Positions 34,267 to 44,847 of a stretch of DNA of 64,000 bases are shown piece after piece. How positions within the stretch are numbered: position 1 is the first letter of the stretch; each line of letters begins with the position of its first letter. Origin of the DNA: Candidatus Thorarchaeota archaeon (lineage in GTDB: Archaea; Asgardarchaeota; Thorarchaeia; Thorarchaeales; Thorarchaeaceae); NCBI GenBank assembly GCA_963726195.1, contig CAVSBO010000015.1, forward strand, positions 1-64,000. Reading direction: 5' to 3'. Both the position numbers and the translations under genes were made by a program. The notes below the pieces were generated by a model that saw only the letters and a list, made by a program, of their open reading frames with translations, made no database searches and had not been told where the DNA came from.

Positions 34267-34513
34267 ATGATGATTGACAATAACCTAGGGGCGGAACCGG
34301 ACGCCGTTCGACTCACAAAGAGCCAGACAATCGTACTGGATCTTCTCCGAAAGAACGGAATGAATGGTGCAACTCCTAAGCAGCTCTTGGACAAAGTCTC
34401 TTTTGCGCCAAGAACTGTCAGATACGCCCTGAGAAAGCTTCTGAAGAAGAAACTGATTAGGCGTGTGCCCTGCTTGCAGGACATGAGAACAGTGGATATA
34501 CGTGCCAGCATAG
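34267..34513 (+). CDS. Small winged-helix (MarR-like) DNA-binding protein (frameshift near 34488)
   Basis: LTKSQ.IVL..L...RTVRYAL.KL....LI.R.P...DMR; removing one A gives DMRQWIYVPA*. Confidence 0.8.
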
Positions 34514-34593
34514 ACGGCCCCTGTAAAGACTGAAGTCTTCTTGCCCTCTGTGCTCTGGCAACAAACTCGAATGACATGTTTTTCAGAAGAGTG

Positions 34594-36015
34594 TCAATAC
34601 CCTTTTCGCAGTTCCATTCTCTCTGAGGTTCTGCTATCACTCCCAGCAAAGAGAATCTTGCCATGCGCTTTCACCAGTTCAGAGTAGACATCTATCGGAT
34701 TGTCAATTCTGCCCAGTTCGTGGGAGTTGTAGGCACAGATTGCTATCATTGGAATGTCAAGAGTCGTATGCAATGCTTGCTCGTACTCGAGGAGCTCCTT
34801 GGTTAGTCGATGCTGAATGAAACAGCTCATTTCACCTGTGACTCTTAGCCCCTTGAATCCCATGGCCATTGCTTCTCTATAGTAGTTGCCCCAAGAATCC
34901 ATCACATCTGGGATAGAGAATCTTCCATCCTTGATGTAGACGCTTGTGTAGTTCAGAATGTCTAGGGCACCTGTCTTCTCGTATTCCTCAACGTTGACAC
35001 CGAAGCTTCTCATGCCCTCTCTTATCTCGCTTGGAGTCTCCTCCGAACAGACGTACTTGGCTGCTTCTCCTCTCTCTAGACCGTACCTCATGTAGGCAAA
35101 GAGGGCTTCGCGTTTCACCTCGGGAGAGTTGTAGACCAGTATTGCATGATCCCTTGGCTTGAGACCCTTGAGAACCCGGGTCAGCTTGTCAGACGCCGAA
35201 AAGTGCATATCCCTCCAGTCGGTCGCCGTACGGAATTGATCCTCAAAGCCCCTCTGCATGAGAGTCACGAGGCTACTATCATCTGTCCAGAGCGTATTGT
35301 TTTCTGCCAATCCTTCGTCCGGAGAAGTTGTAATCATGGATTCCCTGCCGTCGAAGATGACGTATCGACTCGGAATCTCATCATGATATTTCAAGCTGAA
35401 TGAGTCTCTCGGTATGGAGCTCTCTAACACTCTCGGAACAGTGCCCTCATCACTGGGGCAGTTCGTCAGAATGCGAAACTTGACTCCCTTGGTACCGGCT
35501 TTCCTGAGTGCGTCAGCATAATTGAACATGAAGCGGATGATAGAATCACTGGAGTCTGCTAGGTCAATGCTCTTCCTTGCGTTCGCAGCTAGGATGGCTG
35601 TTCTTCTTGTAATCGCTTCTTTCTCTGATATCAAGATGAAGTGTGAGCCATTCTCTCTGAAATCTTCACTCTTGACTTCGGGTCTAAAGTTGCGGAGGAG
35701 TCTGTCCTTTTTGGTACTCAGTTCTGAGACCTCTTTATCGAGTTCCTCTTTCCTGTGTTCAATCAGGAGAGAGAGTGCATCTTCCAAAGGCAATGCCCTA
35801 ACCTTTACGGGTCTGCCCAGCACTCTGTCAATGAGTCCCGTCCTCTCCAGTTTGGGGAGCGTCCTATAGACCTCTTCTCGACGGATACCAGCCAACTTTG
35901 AGATCTTGCTCGCTGATGTTGGTCCCAATCTGACAACGGCCAAGTATACCTTGGCTTCATACGGCGTGAGGCCAAAGTCAGACAACATCTTGGCACCGTC
36001 TTCCAAGTGCGACAT
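34594..36015 (-). CDS. TrmB-family transcriptional regulator fused to a MEDS sensory domain
   Basis: FGLTPYEAKVY HTH, PLD-like effector domain (YVIFDGRE), MEDS (DHAILVY, GLRVTGEM, ICAY). Confidence 0.88.
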   Translation of the reverse strand: MSHLEDGAKMLSDFGLTPYEAKVYLAVVRLGPTSASKISKLAGIRREEVYRTLPKLERTGLIDRVLGRPVKVRALPLEDALSLLIEHRKEELDKEVSELSTKKDRLLRNFRPEVKSEDFRENGSHFILISEKEAITRRTAILAANARKSIDLADSSDSIIRFMFNYADALRKAGTKGVKFRILTNCPSDEGTVPRVLESSIPRDSFSLKYHDEIPSRYVIFDGRESMITTSPDEGLAENNTLWTDDSSLVTLMQRGFEDQFRTATDWRDMHFSASDKLTRVLKGLKPRDHAILVYNSPEVKREALFAYMRYGLERGEAAKYVCSEETPSEIREGMRSFGVNVEEYEKTGALDILNYTSVYIKDGRFSIPDVMDSWGNYYREAMAMGFKGLRVTGEMSCFIQHRLTKELLEYEQALHTTLDIPMIAICAYNSHELGRIDNPIDVYSELVKAHGKILFAGSDSRTSERMELRKGY

Positions 36016-36204
36016 GGCTGTGAGTCTCCTCCCACAGAGATTGTCACTGCGAAGATGCGCCGCCAGCGTATTTGAGACTATTGTACCAAGTTGTTTTGTA
36101 CGGTTGTCTCTACGCGACTCGTGCGGGGCGCCTAAGGAGAGGCAAGTAGCAAACTGCTAATGCTTATTTCGGGGATGTGACCCGGCAAACCATGAGGAAG
36201 GAAC

Positions 36205-37968
36205 TTGGCAAGGGAACCGAGGTATCTCACGCTGTTCATCCTTTCAGTGATCATCGTATCGTCGACCTACATGGTTTGGTCTGCTGAGCGGGGATTGGGT
36301 GAAGTCACAGTTGAGAACATGCAGATAACGCGAACAAATGGCCGGGTGGTTGATTTCTCGGTCTACAAACCACGCATCATTACATACGGCAAGCCCCTGC
36401 CAGTCGTTCTTACGATTCATGGTATCTCTGCATCAAGGGGAGAGATGCTGCCCATTAACATTGAATTGGCCCGCAGGAACTTCACGGTTGTTTCCGTGGA
36501 CTTGGCTGGACACGGAGTCTCATCCGAGAACGTTCAGCTTCGCGACGTTCTTGGAAATCGTCACGGACGCTTACGAAGCCGTCCACTATGTCCAGGCTAA
36601 CGACGCTGATTCTAGCAAGTCGACTTGGGGTGTTATTGGTCACTCACTGGGCGCTGGTGTTGCGATGCTCATGCAGGACATGCCAGTCCAGCCCAATGCC
36701 ACGGTAATCATAGGCGGAGGCATGGGCGAGAACTTTGGCGGTCTCTCTATGCCCTTGAACCAGACCAGCCCACGCAACCTGATGATAGTATGTGGACTCT
36801 ACGATGAGCTCGTTTCGCCGGAGCTTGCGTATTCGACTCTAAGAACCGCAACGGGACTCTCCAGCGTTTCAGAGGGCACGACTTACGGTGACTTCTCGAA
36901 TGGGAGCGCAAGAAGCTCGTGCTCAGCACCACAGACCATCTTTTCGAGGTTTCTGATGCCACCATAGTAATGCAGTCAGTGGACTGGCTTGGCCGGTCCC
37001 TACAAGGAGTATCTCAACTTGTTCAACACACGCTTCCTCCTTCAAATCAAATCTACCAGTATGCGGGAATAGGCGGCTTGGTCCAAGCTTCAGCGCTGCT
37101 GCTCTCCGTCTTTCCGTTGTACCTGATTGCGTACTCCAGATTGCCAGCTCGGCTGAGACCGCGTGCTGTCACCGATGAACGTCCTCCCGTAGGGTATTCG
37201 AGAGCTTTGAGATTCAGTCTCCTGTTGGGCTCCGTAACCGCCGTGCTGTTCTTGTTGCTGGTATTCACAGGTCTCATAATGGAGTTTGCAGGGATTGTCA
37301 TAGTCCCTGTGTCTTTCGGCACAGCGTTCACGTTTTTGTCTTTGGTTACGTTCCCGATCTCCGTTTACTTTGTTCGAAGAACCTTCGGGCCGTCACAGAT
37401 GCAGCCTCAAGTTGCGCCTAGCCCAGCGTCTAGAATGAAGCGGACACTTGACAATCTTGCGAGGTCACTGATACCCATTATTCCCATAGTCGTATGGCTG
37501 TGCGTGTGGTCTTACCTCTCATCATCACTTGCTGGTGGCAAAATCGGTGCCACACCCCAGACCATCGGCGGCGCTGTGCTGGTCAGGGCACTCTCCACAG
37601 TTGTCCTCACTTTCACACTCTACCCTCTATTCTATGCAGACGTTCTTTGGCTTGACAGAGTCGTTGGCATCGTCTCCGGATGGGCTTCATTTATCTCGCT
37701 GTCCAAGAAGTCCGTGGCAATAGTCGTCTGCAAGCTGGCGGGGTTTGGAATCGTGATAGCAGCACTGTACTTGCCATTTCTGGCTGGAATTCAATTCGGT
37801 TTCGTGATGTTTGTTGCCTTGTTGATGCTCCCCTTTGCCTTAATCTTTGGCCTAACTGCTCTGATGACCCTGTGGGCGGGAGGGCTGTCGAAGAGCTATA
37901 TGTCTGTAGCCCTGCTCAATGCATTTCTTCTCGCAGTAATCATTGCGAGCACATTCGAAATCATCTAG
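36205..37968 (+). CDS. Membrane-bound alpha/beta hydrolase (frameshifts near 36529 and 36914)
   Basis: HG, DLAGHG.S, GHSLG nucleophile, G.YDE, TDH; multi-TM C-terminal region. Confidence 0.82.
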
Positions 37969-38016
37969 CATGGTGTAAGAGACTGAGGAACAACAGCGTC
38001 CTCAGTCGTCGTCCCA

Positions 38017-39273
38017 TTATGTCCCTTCAGCATATGCTTTCGCATATGCGGTCTGTTCCGTTGTCAACTTGTCGATCTTGATGCCCATTGTCTCAAGCTT
38101 TGCCATGGCCGTCTGTTTGTCAAGATCATCTGGAAACGTGTAAACCGCAGGCTTCAACGTCTTGCCGTGCGCGGACAACCACAGCATCGCATTCAGTTGG
38201 GCTGCAAACGAAAGATCCATCACCTCCGATGGGTGGCCCTCAGCCGCAACAAGGTTGACTAGCCGTCCCTCGCCTAAAAGGTACAAACGTCTGCCGTCCT
38301 TAAGCACGTATTCATCAAGTGATGGGCGGACTCTCTTCTTTCCCGTACTGAGTGCATCAAGGTCATTGCAGTTAATCTCCACGTTGTAATGGCCGGCATT
38401 ACCGAGAATCGCCCCATCTTTCATGACCTTCATGTGTTCGCTATTCACTATGTCCTTCATGCCAGTTGACGTTATGAACAGGTCTCCTTCTTTTGCTGCC
38501 TGTTTCATTGGCATGACCCTGTACCCGTCCATGCGTGCTTGAAGCGCCCTGACAGGATCAACTTCTGTTACTATAACATCAGCACCGAGACCTCTCGCCC
38601 TTGTCGCAAGTCCGTGCCCACAGAAACCGTAGCCGGCTATGACCACGGTCTTTCCTGCAATTAGTATTGCAGAAGCTCGCAAGACTCCATCGAACGTGCT
38701 TTGCCCTGTACCGTACACATTGTCAAACATATGCTTGGTGGCCGCATCATTGACTGCCATGATAGGGTACTTCAGAGCACCATCCTGTGCCATGGCCCTT
38801 ACTCTAATCACTCCGGTTGTTGTTTCCTCTGACCCTCCGTAAAGGTTGGTAATCAAGTCCTCATGCTTACGATGCAGTGTGAATATAAGATCCGCACCGT
38901 CATCGAGAGTCAGGTTTGGGTGATACTCCAACGTCTTCTCTATGCACCAGTAGTACTCCTCTTTGTTCAAGCCATTCCACGCAAACACGGGCACATTGTT
39001 GGCCGCCAGAGCGGCTGCGACCTTGTCATTCGTTGAAAGAGGATTGCAACCGCACCACGCAACTTCTGCTCCTGCTGCTCTCAGAGTTTCCACAAGCACA
39101 GCTGTCTCCTTGGTTACATGCAGGCAACCAGACACCCTCATGCCTTTGAGCGTCTTTTTCTCTGAATGCTGTTTTCTCAGATGCATCAGCACCGGCATGT
39201 GCTTCTCCGCGTAATCGATTAGCATCCTGCCTTCTTGGGCAAGTGCAATGTCCTTTACCTTGTAGTCTGTCAT
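38017..39273 (-). CDS. ahcY: Adenosylhomocysteinase
   Basis: GCLHVTKET, DDGADL, EETTTG, K..FDNVYGTGQS, GRLVNL..A.GHP. Confidence 0.97.
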   Translation of the reverse strand: MTDYKVKDIALAQEGRMLIDYAEKHMPVLMHLRKQHSEKKTLKGMRVSGCLHVTKETAVLVETLRAAGAEVAWCGCNPLSTNDKVAAALAANNVPVFAWNGLNKEEYYWCIEKTLEYHPNLTLDDGADLIFTLHRKHEDLITNLYGGSEETTTGVIRVRAMAQDGALKYPIMAVNDAATKHMFDNVYGTGQSTFDGVLRASAILIAGKTVVIAGYGFCGHGLATRARGLGADVIVTEVDPVRALQARMDGYRVMPMKQAAKEGDLFITSTGMKDIVNSEHMKVMKDGAILGNAGHYNVEINCNDLDALSTGKKRVRPSLDEYVLKDGRRLYLLGEGRLVNLVAAEGHPSEVMDLSFAAQLNAMLWLSAHGKTLKPAVYTFPDDLDKQTAMAKLETMGIKIDKLTTEQTAYAKAYAEGT

Positions 39274-39414
39274 GTTGCAGTCGATTCCATAGAAGCCGTC
39301 TGCCTTATGAATCCTCCATTAGGAAGATACAGTTTGGCGGCTCAGTTTCTAGAACCAACCCCTCCAATGCGGCTCCAATATCAAGTCCCTTCGTTGTCAG
39401 TATGCGGCGGCATG

Positions 39415-39984
39415 TCAGCTTCCAGATTGACCAAGCCATACACTACTCCACAGCGCATGTCTATTCTTCACGGCGATTGTCATCAGTGATACAAGCATTA
39501 TCAGACTCACGAGCACATTTGCAGCGAAGAAACCCTGCTGCAGATCTCCTCCTTCAGCGAAGAAAAGCACAAGAATGCCGGGCAAGGCTGTCGGATTGAC
39601 CCACGGCCACAAAAGCTGATTGTAGGGATGCATAGGGACATCCAATAGAAGGTGACCGAGTAAGCCCAACAGACATGAAATCCCGAGGGTCCTATTCATT
39701 GTACACGCGTCGTTGAGCTTTGCTCGTTCGATTCCAAAGAGCCGGGCGATCACAGGAGGATAAACAAAGTGTGTTATCCCGAGCGCGATGAGAAGCCCAA
39801 CAGTGACCGCACCAATCAGACTGTGCAGAATCCAATGGTCGTAAACCCCATTGCCAAGCATCCATAAGACTGGAACCTCAATGTCCGGTACAAACGATCC
39901 AATGACCAGACCGGGCATGGAGAGCCCTTTACCAAGCGCATGAAGTGCATACGGAATGGGGTAGTGGAACGGAGTGAGTGGCAT
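39415..39984 (-). CDS. DUF4184/YdjM-like membrane protein
   Basis: MPLTPFH, GS..PD, HS..G, H...D...H motifs. Confidence 0.75.
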   Translation of the reverse strand: MPLTPFHYPIPYALHALGKGLSMPGLVIGSFVPDIEVPVLWMLGNGVYDHWILHSLIGAVTVGLLIALGITHFVYPPVIARLFGIERAKLNDACTMNRTLGISCLLGLLGHLLLDVPMHPYNQLLWPWVNPTALPGILVLFFAEGGDLQQGFFAANVLVSLIMLVSLMTIAVKNRHALWSSVWLGQSGS

Positions 39985-40047
39985 CGATGTTCACGAGCTG
40001 CCGCGCGATACAACCGACCGATCAAGTACTCTGATATGAGGACCTGA

Positions 40048-40866
40048 CTACTTCACCACGACTCGGGTGCACGTTACACTCTGACCTTTGAGCAGAGCGA
40101 TAAGGCTCCCCTGTTTCATCATTGAAAGCAAAGTGACTTCCAGACCTGCTTTGACCAGGTCTTTGGCCTGTGCAATCGACGCCAGTTTTCCCTTGATTGC
40201 GCCACTTGCATCAACAGTTGTCGAAGAGCCGATTCGCGTCAAGACTTTGTCGATATCGTTGAGGTTGACCTCGTCAATGATAGATGCTTTGGGATCCGTC
40301 TTGGGATTGCCTGTGTAGATTCCTCCTACGTCCATCGCGAAGATTAGACGTTTGGCTTCAAGCTCACGAGCCATCAGCACTGCGAGTTGATCGCCGCTTC
40401 CTACACTGAATCCCATCGCTGTGTCATATAGCATGTCACCACCGAGTAACGGCACCATTCCTAGGGATAGGTATCCTTTCAGGGGGTCTAGGAAATACTT
40501 GACAATGCGCATCTTCTCTGCCACAACCATCGAGGACGGATGAAACAGATTAACGGGCAATCCGGCCTGTTGGAATTCGCTCTCAACCATTTGACGGAAC
40601 TCATTCACAATGCGTTGCGTGTTGGACAGAGGAATGAGTTGTTCGGGTCCCTTGAAACCCTTGTGGAGATTGTGTTCGAGAATCGGTGGATGACCGTATG
40701 ACCCGACCCCTTGCACTACAACCAAGGACTTGATGAGTCCACCATCAATGCATGTCTTGAGTTCCCGTGTGACAGACCTGATTACTGATTTGCGTGCTTC
40801 ATAGGGCTTCGACTTGTCTGTAAGGAGCGATCCGCCCAGCTTAATCACTGTAAGGTCCTTTTCCAT
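40048..40866 (-). CDS. ipk: Isopentenyl phosphate kinase (amino-acid-kinase fold)
   Basis: KLGGSLLTDK, G.GSYGH, SGDQL, DVGGIY..NP, D.SG.I.GK. Confidence 0.85.
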   Translation of the reverse strand: MEKDLTVIKLGGSLLTDKSKPYEARKSVIRSVTRELKTCIDGGLIKSLVVVQGVGSYGHPPILEHNLHKGFKGPEQLIPLSNTQRIVNEFRQMVESEFQQAGLPVNLFHPSSMVVAEKMRIVKYFLDPLKGYLSLGMVPLLGGDMLYDTAMGFSVGSGDQLAVLMARELEAKRLIFAMDVGGIYTGNPKTDPKASIIDEVNLNDIDKVLTRIGSSTTVDASGAIKGKLASIAQAKDLVKAGLEVTLLSMMKQGSLIALLKGQSVTCTRVVVK

Positions 40867-40888
40867 TGCCCCGACACCGCCTGACATC

Positions 40889-41678
40889 CTAGATACTTAG
40901 CAATGCGAACGGCCACCATGTCGGCATAAAGTAGATGAACAGAAAGACCATGACAATCACCGCAAATGGCACTGTCCAGTTGTCTACGTTCTTGGGTGAG
41001 AGCGCTTCGATTATTGTGGCCACCAAGCTGATTACGAGAATTGGCAGAAACAGGTGAACGAGATTATACGTTGCGATTTCTAGGGAGAAGATGACAATCA
41101 GGACATAGCTGAACAGAAAGGAGCCAAAGAACATGCCAGCAGACCCGACTAGTGTCTTCTCTGCGCCGCCGACACCGAACTTCCTGTTGCCGCCATACTT
41201 ACGGCCGATGACATCAGCAAGTCCGTCACCTCCAGCTGAGGCAGCCAAAGATGACGAGCCCTAGGGGAGTCACAGGATAATAGAACCAAAAGAACGTCAC
41301 TATGACTATCATTATCGCGTAGTAGAGAGTTCCTCTAAGTAGCTCTCTTGGATCTCCAGAGCGCGACATCGATGCAACAAAGGACTCATTCTTCACCTTT
41401 CCAGCTCCTATTGCAGCGAATAGAAGCACAAACAAGATGGGCACAATCATTGCGAAGTAGCGACTGTAGGTATCGCCAGGGTATAGATACCAAGTCAACG
41501 CGAATACGGGTGCCGCAAAGATGTGTACGACCTTACGTGTCACGTTAGCCGATAGCTTGCCACTCTTACGAATGGCTCCGTTTATTTGCACGACCATCAT
41601 GACTGCTATTATAGACAACACCATTGCAATTAGGTTCCAGAGCAGTACTGAGCTAGGACCCAAGGGATTCAGAAACAA
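40889..41678 (-). CDS. Phytol/farnesol kinase-like CTP-dependent polyprenol kinase (frameshift near 41238)
   Basis: TRKVVHI, MSRSGD.RELLRG.LYY, GDGLAD.IGR.YG, KT..GS, E.LSP...DN..VP. Confidence 0.85.
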
Positions 41679-41883
41679 CTACTTTTTTCCTCCTCTCGCA
41701 TAATGTGCTACTTGGCTTGGCCGAGCCACCCTATAAATAGTGTTGAAATCCGGGCGCGGAATGTGTGTCGCAACTCTCCGAACGGTCTTCCGGTCCGTCT
41801 GTTCAGTGAGCAGGCTAGCTGTCCGCTATTGTTTCAATACTCTTTTAGCCCCCAGACTGTGAGTGATTTTTGGTGTCAGAACG

Positions 41884-42417
41884 ATGGGCTTGTACAAGTT
41901 CGATGGCAAGATGCCCAAGGTTCATCCCGGTGCGTATGTCTCTTCTCGTGCATCTGTAATTGGAGACGTCGAAATCGGGGACGGAACAAGCGTCTGGGAA
42001 TTCGCAGTGATTCGTGCTGACATGAACAAGATTCGCATTGGGAAGAACACGTCTATCCAAGACAATTGCACAGTGCACTGCACATTCATGAATCCGACCA
42101 CGATAGGTGATTTGGTCACTGCAGGTCACAACTCAGTGATTCATGCGTGTGAGATAGGTAATCAGGTCGTTGTGGGTATCGGTGCGATAGTTCTCAACGG
42201 TGCCAAGATTGGAGATGGAAGTGTCATAGGTGCAGGAGCAGTTGTCACGGAGAACACTCAAATCCCTCCAAACTCTCTAGTGCTGGGAATACCTGGAAAG
42301 GTCATCAAGGAGGTATCCCCAGAGATGCACGAGTCCTTCAAGACAAATGCAGAAATGTACGTCGAGCTTGGAAAGAAACACAAACAGGAATCGGAGCGTT
42401 CCAAGCAGACTAAATAG
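41884..42417 (+). CDS. Gamma carbonic anhydrase family protein
   Basis: Hexapeptide repeats, IRAD, QDNCTVH, GH.SVIH. Confidence 0.92.
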   Translation: MGLYKFDGKMPKVHPGAYVSSRASVIGDVEIGDGTSVWEFAVIRADMNKIRIGKNTSIQDNCTVHCTFMNPTTIGDLVTAGHNSVIHACEIGNQVVVGIGAIVLNGAKIGDGSVIGAGAVVTENTQIPPNSLVLGIPGKVIKEVSPEMHESFKTNAEMYVELGKKHKQESERSKQTK

Positions 42418-42493
42418 GGCTTGCTTCGACCAAGAACAGTCATCGGCTTAGTTTGCCTCCATCTCCTCTGTTTTGGGCAGTATCGGTCTGTAC

Positions 42494-42550
42494 AGAGTCA
42501 CATCTTGTGACTCTCAGCAGTGACCCCGAAACGTGGCTTCGCATTATATA
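42494..42550 (+). promoter_or_regulatory. Inverted repeat and TATA box upstream of the small-peptide operon
   Basis: AGAGTCACA-TCT-TGTGACTCT (42494-42514); TTATATA at 42544-42550. Confidence 0.55.
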
Positions 42551-42582
42551 CTAAACCTGAGTCGTGTTGCTCGTGAAATAAC

Positions 42583-42693
42583 ATGGCACACGAAAGCAAT
42601 TCCCGGAACATAGCTGTAACGAAGAACAGAAAGATTGCAAATGCACAGTCCACTGCTGCACTGGCGTACGCCTTCGCAACTGTTGTGAGGTGA
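42583..42693 (+). CDS. Putative 36-aa peptide MAHESNSRNIAVTKNRKIANAQSTAALAYAFATVVR
   Basis: ATG about 33 nt downstream of the TATA box; resembles the next small ORF. Confidence 0.5.
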   Translation: MAHESNSRNIAVTKNRKIANAQSTAALAYAFATVVR

Positions 42694-42698
42694 ACAAC

Positions 42699-42788
42699 AT
42701 GGTTGAGACCAAGAACGCTCGTAGGACGATTGCTCTTAAGCCAAGGTCCTCGACGGAGGCAATTGTCTTCGTCTACTTCTCCAGATAA
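42699..42788 (+). CDS. Putative 29-aa peptide MVETKNARRTIALKPRSSTEAIVFVYFSR
   Basis: Strong SD GAGGTGA 5 nt before ATG, overlapping the upstream stop codon. Confidence 0.6.
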   Translation: MVETKNARRTIALKPRSSTEAIVFVYFSR

Positions 42789-44602
42789 GAAAAAACCAGC
42801 CTCGTGCAGTTCAACGACCACACGAGGCTACGCGAGTGAAGAGCTGAGATGATCCCTTTCTTCTTCATCTCGTTCATTCGGAGTTCTCGTCTTAGTACCT
42901 TGCCCACTTGCGTGAGAGGTAGTGATTGCACAATCTCGACTTCCTTGGGTCTCTTGTAGCCTGCGAGTTTCTCTCTGGCCCACTCAAGTATTTCCTCAGG
43001 TGTTGCCTTCTCTCCGGGCTTCAGGACTACATAGGCCTTGACGTATTCGTTGCCCATGTCTTCCTTGCTCTTGGGGATACCAACGACGGCTGCCATTGCG
43101 ATTTTTGGATTCTCGTAGAGTGTGTCCTCAATCTCGCGTGGATAGGCCTTGAGCCCGCCCACGTTGATCATCTCTTTCTTCCTGTCACTGATTATTGTGA
43201 AGCCTTCCTCATCCATGTGTCCTATATCACCAGTTAGGAAGAAGCGCTTTCCGTCGATGGTCCTAAAGACTTCCTCAGTCTCCTTAGGTTTGTTCCAATA
43301 GCCCATCATCACCTGTGGACCGCAAATCGCTATCTCACCGGTTTGACCGATGGGCAGTTCCTTCTTTCCGGTCTCCATGTCGACAATCTTGCAGATTGTA
43401 TCCGAAATAGGCAGGCCGATAGAACCGAACTTACGGTCCTTCTTGTTCGTGGGATTGATGTGAGTGACCGGTGATGTTTCGGTGAGACCGTATCCCTCGA
43501 ACATGATTGCTCCGGTGACAGCCTCGAATCGCTTTGCAAGTTCGGGAGGAAGCGGCGCTGCGCCTGAAGAACATACTTTGATCGATTTGAGGTTGAACTT
43601 CTTGACATCGGGATGGTTAATGACACCCGCATAAAGCGCCGGCACACAGCAGAAAATCGTGCCCTTGTAGTCCTGCAGGTCCTTGAGCAAAGCCGTCATC
43701 GGAGGCTTCCCTGCTCTCGGGTCGGGGATACAAACCAGCTTCGCGACAAGATATGTGCACATGAGCATGGTCAAGGTGAGACCGTAGCTGTGGTACCATG
43801 GAAGGGCCCCGACAAACACCTCTTTTCCCGCTTCCATCTTCGGAGGTGTATCCTTGATGTCATCCGGCGAAAGGGTCACCCATTCGTAGATTTGAAGGAC
43901 ATTCGAAACGAGGTTGCTGTGCTTCAAAGCAGCGCCCTTTGGTGTACCTGTGGTACCGCCCGTGTACAGAATCAGCGCAATCTCGTCCGGGTTGAAGGAA
44001 ATCTTGGGTGGCTTTGGTTCGTACTTCTTTATTATGTCGTCGTAGAAGAACGTGATTCCGGGCTCGTACCTCGGGCTTTTCGGTATCTTGCCGAGTGCAG
44101 CTCCCAGCTTCGCTTTTGACCCCGGCAGGAAACTCTTTACACTGCATACAACGACAGTATCAACGCCGGTTCCTTTGATGGCCTCGTAGCAGGTCGGTGT
44201 GAAGGTCTCGTGATCAAGCACGAAGACAACCTTGGACCCCGAGTCTTTTAGCTGGAAATTCAGTTCTCCTGCCTTGTACGCAGGATTGCATGTCACAGTC
44301 GTGGCTCCCGACTTCAGTGCTCCAAAGAAGACGGCTGGAAAATGCGGCACATTAGGCAGGAATATGGCAACTCTTGTGTCCTTCTTGACACCCCTAGTGA
44401 CTAGGAAGTTGGCAATTCTGTCAGCATGGTCGCGTATCTCTGCATAAGACTTCGAGGCGCCTTCAAACAGAGTAAACGGGTTCTTACCATGCTCGTCTGC
44501 TGCTCTGTCAAGCATGGCAAACAAGGGTTCCTTAGGATAGTCTAGATTCTTCCGAACATCCTTTGGCCACTTGTGTTTGTACCAGATGTATTCCTTATCC
44601 AA
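42773..44602 (-). CDS. Long-chain acyl-CoA ligase (FadD-like)
   Basis: YTGGTTGTPKG, EGYGLTE, TGDIG, DRKK, GKVLRR; the true stop is possibly earlier than 42773. Confidence 0.95.
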   Translation of the reverse strand: MDKEYIWYKHKWPKDVRKNLDYPKEPLFAMLDRAADEHGKNPFTLFEGASKSYAEIRDHADRIANFLVTRGVKKDTRVAIFLPNVPHFPAVFFGALKSGATTVTCNPAYKAGELNFQLKDSGSKVVFVLDHETFTPTCYEAIKGTGVDTVVVCSVKSFLPGSKAKLGAALGKIPKSPRYEPGITFFYDDIIKKYEPKPPKISFNPDEIALILYTGGTTGTPKGAALKHSNLVSNVLQIYEWVTLSPDDIKDTPPKMEAGKEVFVGALPWYHSYGLTLTMLMCTYLVAKLVCIPDPRAGKPPMTALLKDLQDYKGTIFCCVPALYAGVINHPDVKKFNLKSIKVCSSGAAPLPPELAKRFEAVTGAIMFEGYGLTETSPVTHINPTNKKDRKFGSIGLPISDTICKIVDMETGKKELPIGQTGEIAICGPQVMMGYWNKPKETEEVFRTIDGKRFFLTGDIGHMDEEGFTIISDRKKEMINVGGLKAYPREIEDTLYENPKIAMAAVVGIPKSKEDMGNEYVKAYVVLKPGEKATPEEILEWAREKLAGYKRPKEVEIVQSLPLTQVGKVLRRELRMNEMKKKGIISALHSRSLVWSLNCTRLVFSYLEK

Positions 44603-44847
44603 TCCTATCCGCTCACTACTCTCTTTTCATAATTCTTGAGTTCGATTGATAATCAAGAATAGGCGGCTGATAGAATCCGTGACTGATATCTCTTCTGTCA
44701 GAAGAGAGACGGGTATTTAGCCTCGACAGCGCCTCTTGAGTCGGGTTCAGGTGCATCATTGCGAGCACAACAATTAAGAAACTGCGCAATGAATCTCTGT
44801 TGCATTCAATCGCTCGACACAAGAGCAAATGAGCGAAGGTTATCAGT

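Noticed and set aside
36138-36192. c-di-GMP riboswitch-like GGCAAACC
   Set aside because: The remaining consensus and P1/P2 architecture are absent
39274-39414. SAH/SAM riboswitch upstream of ahcY
   Set aside because: No recognisable consensus
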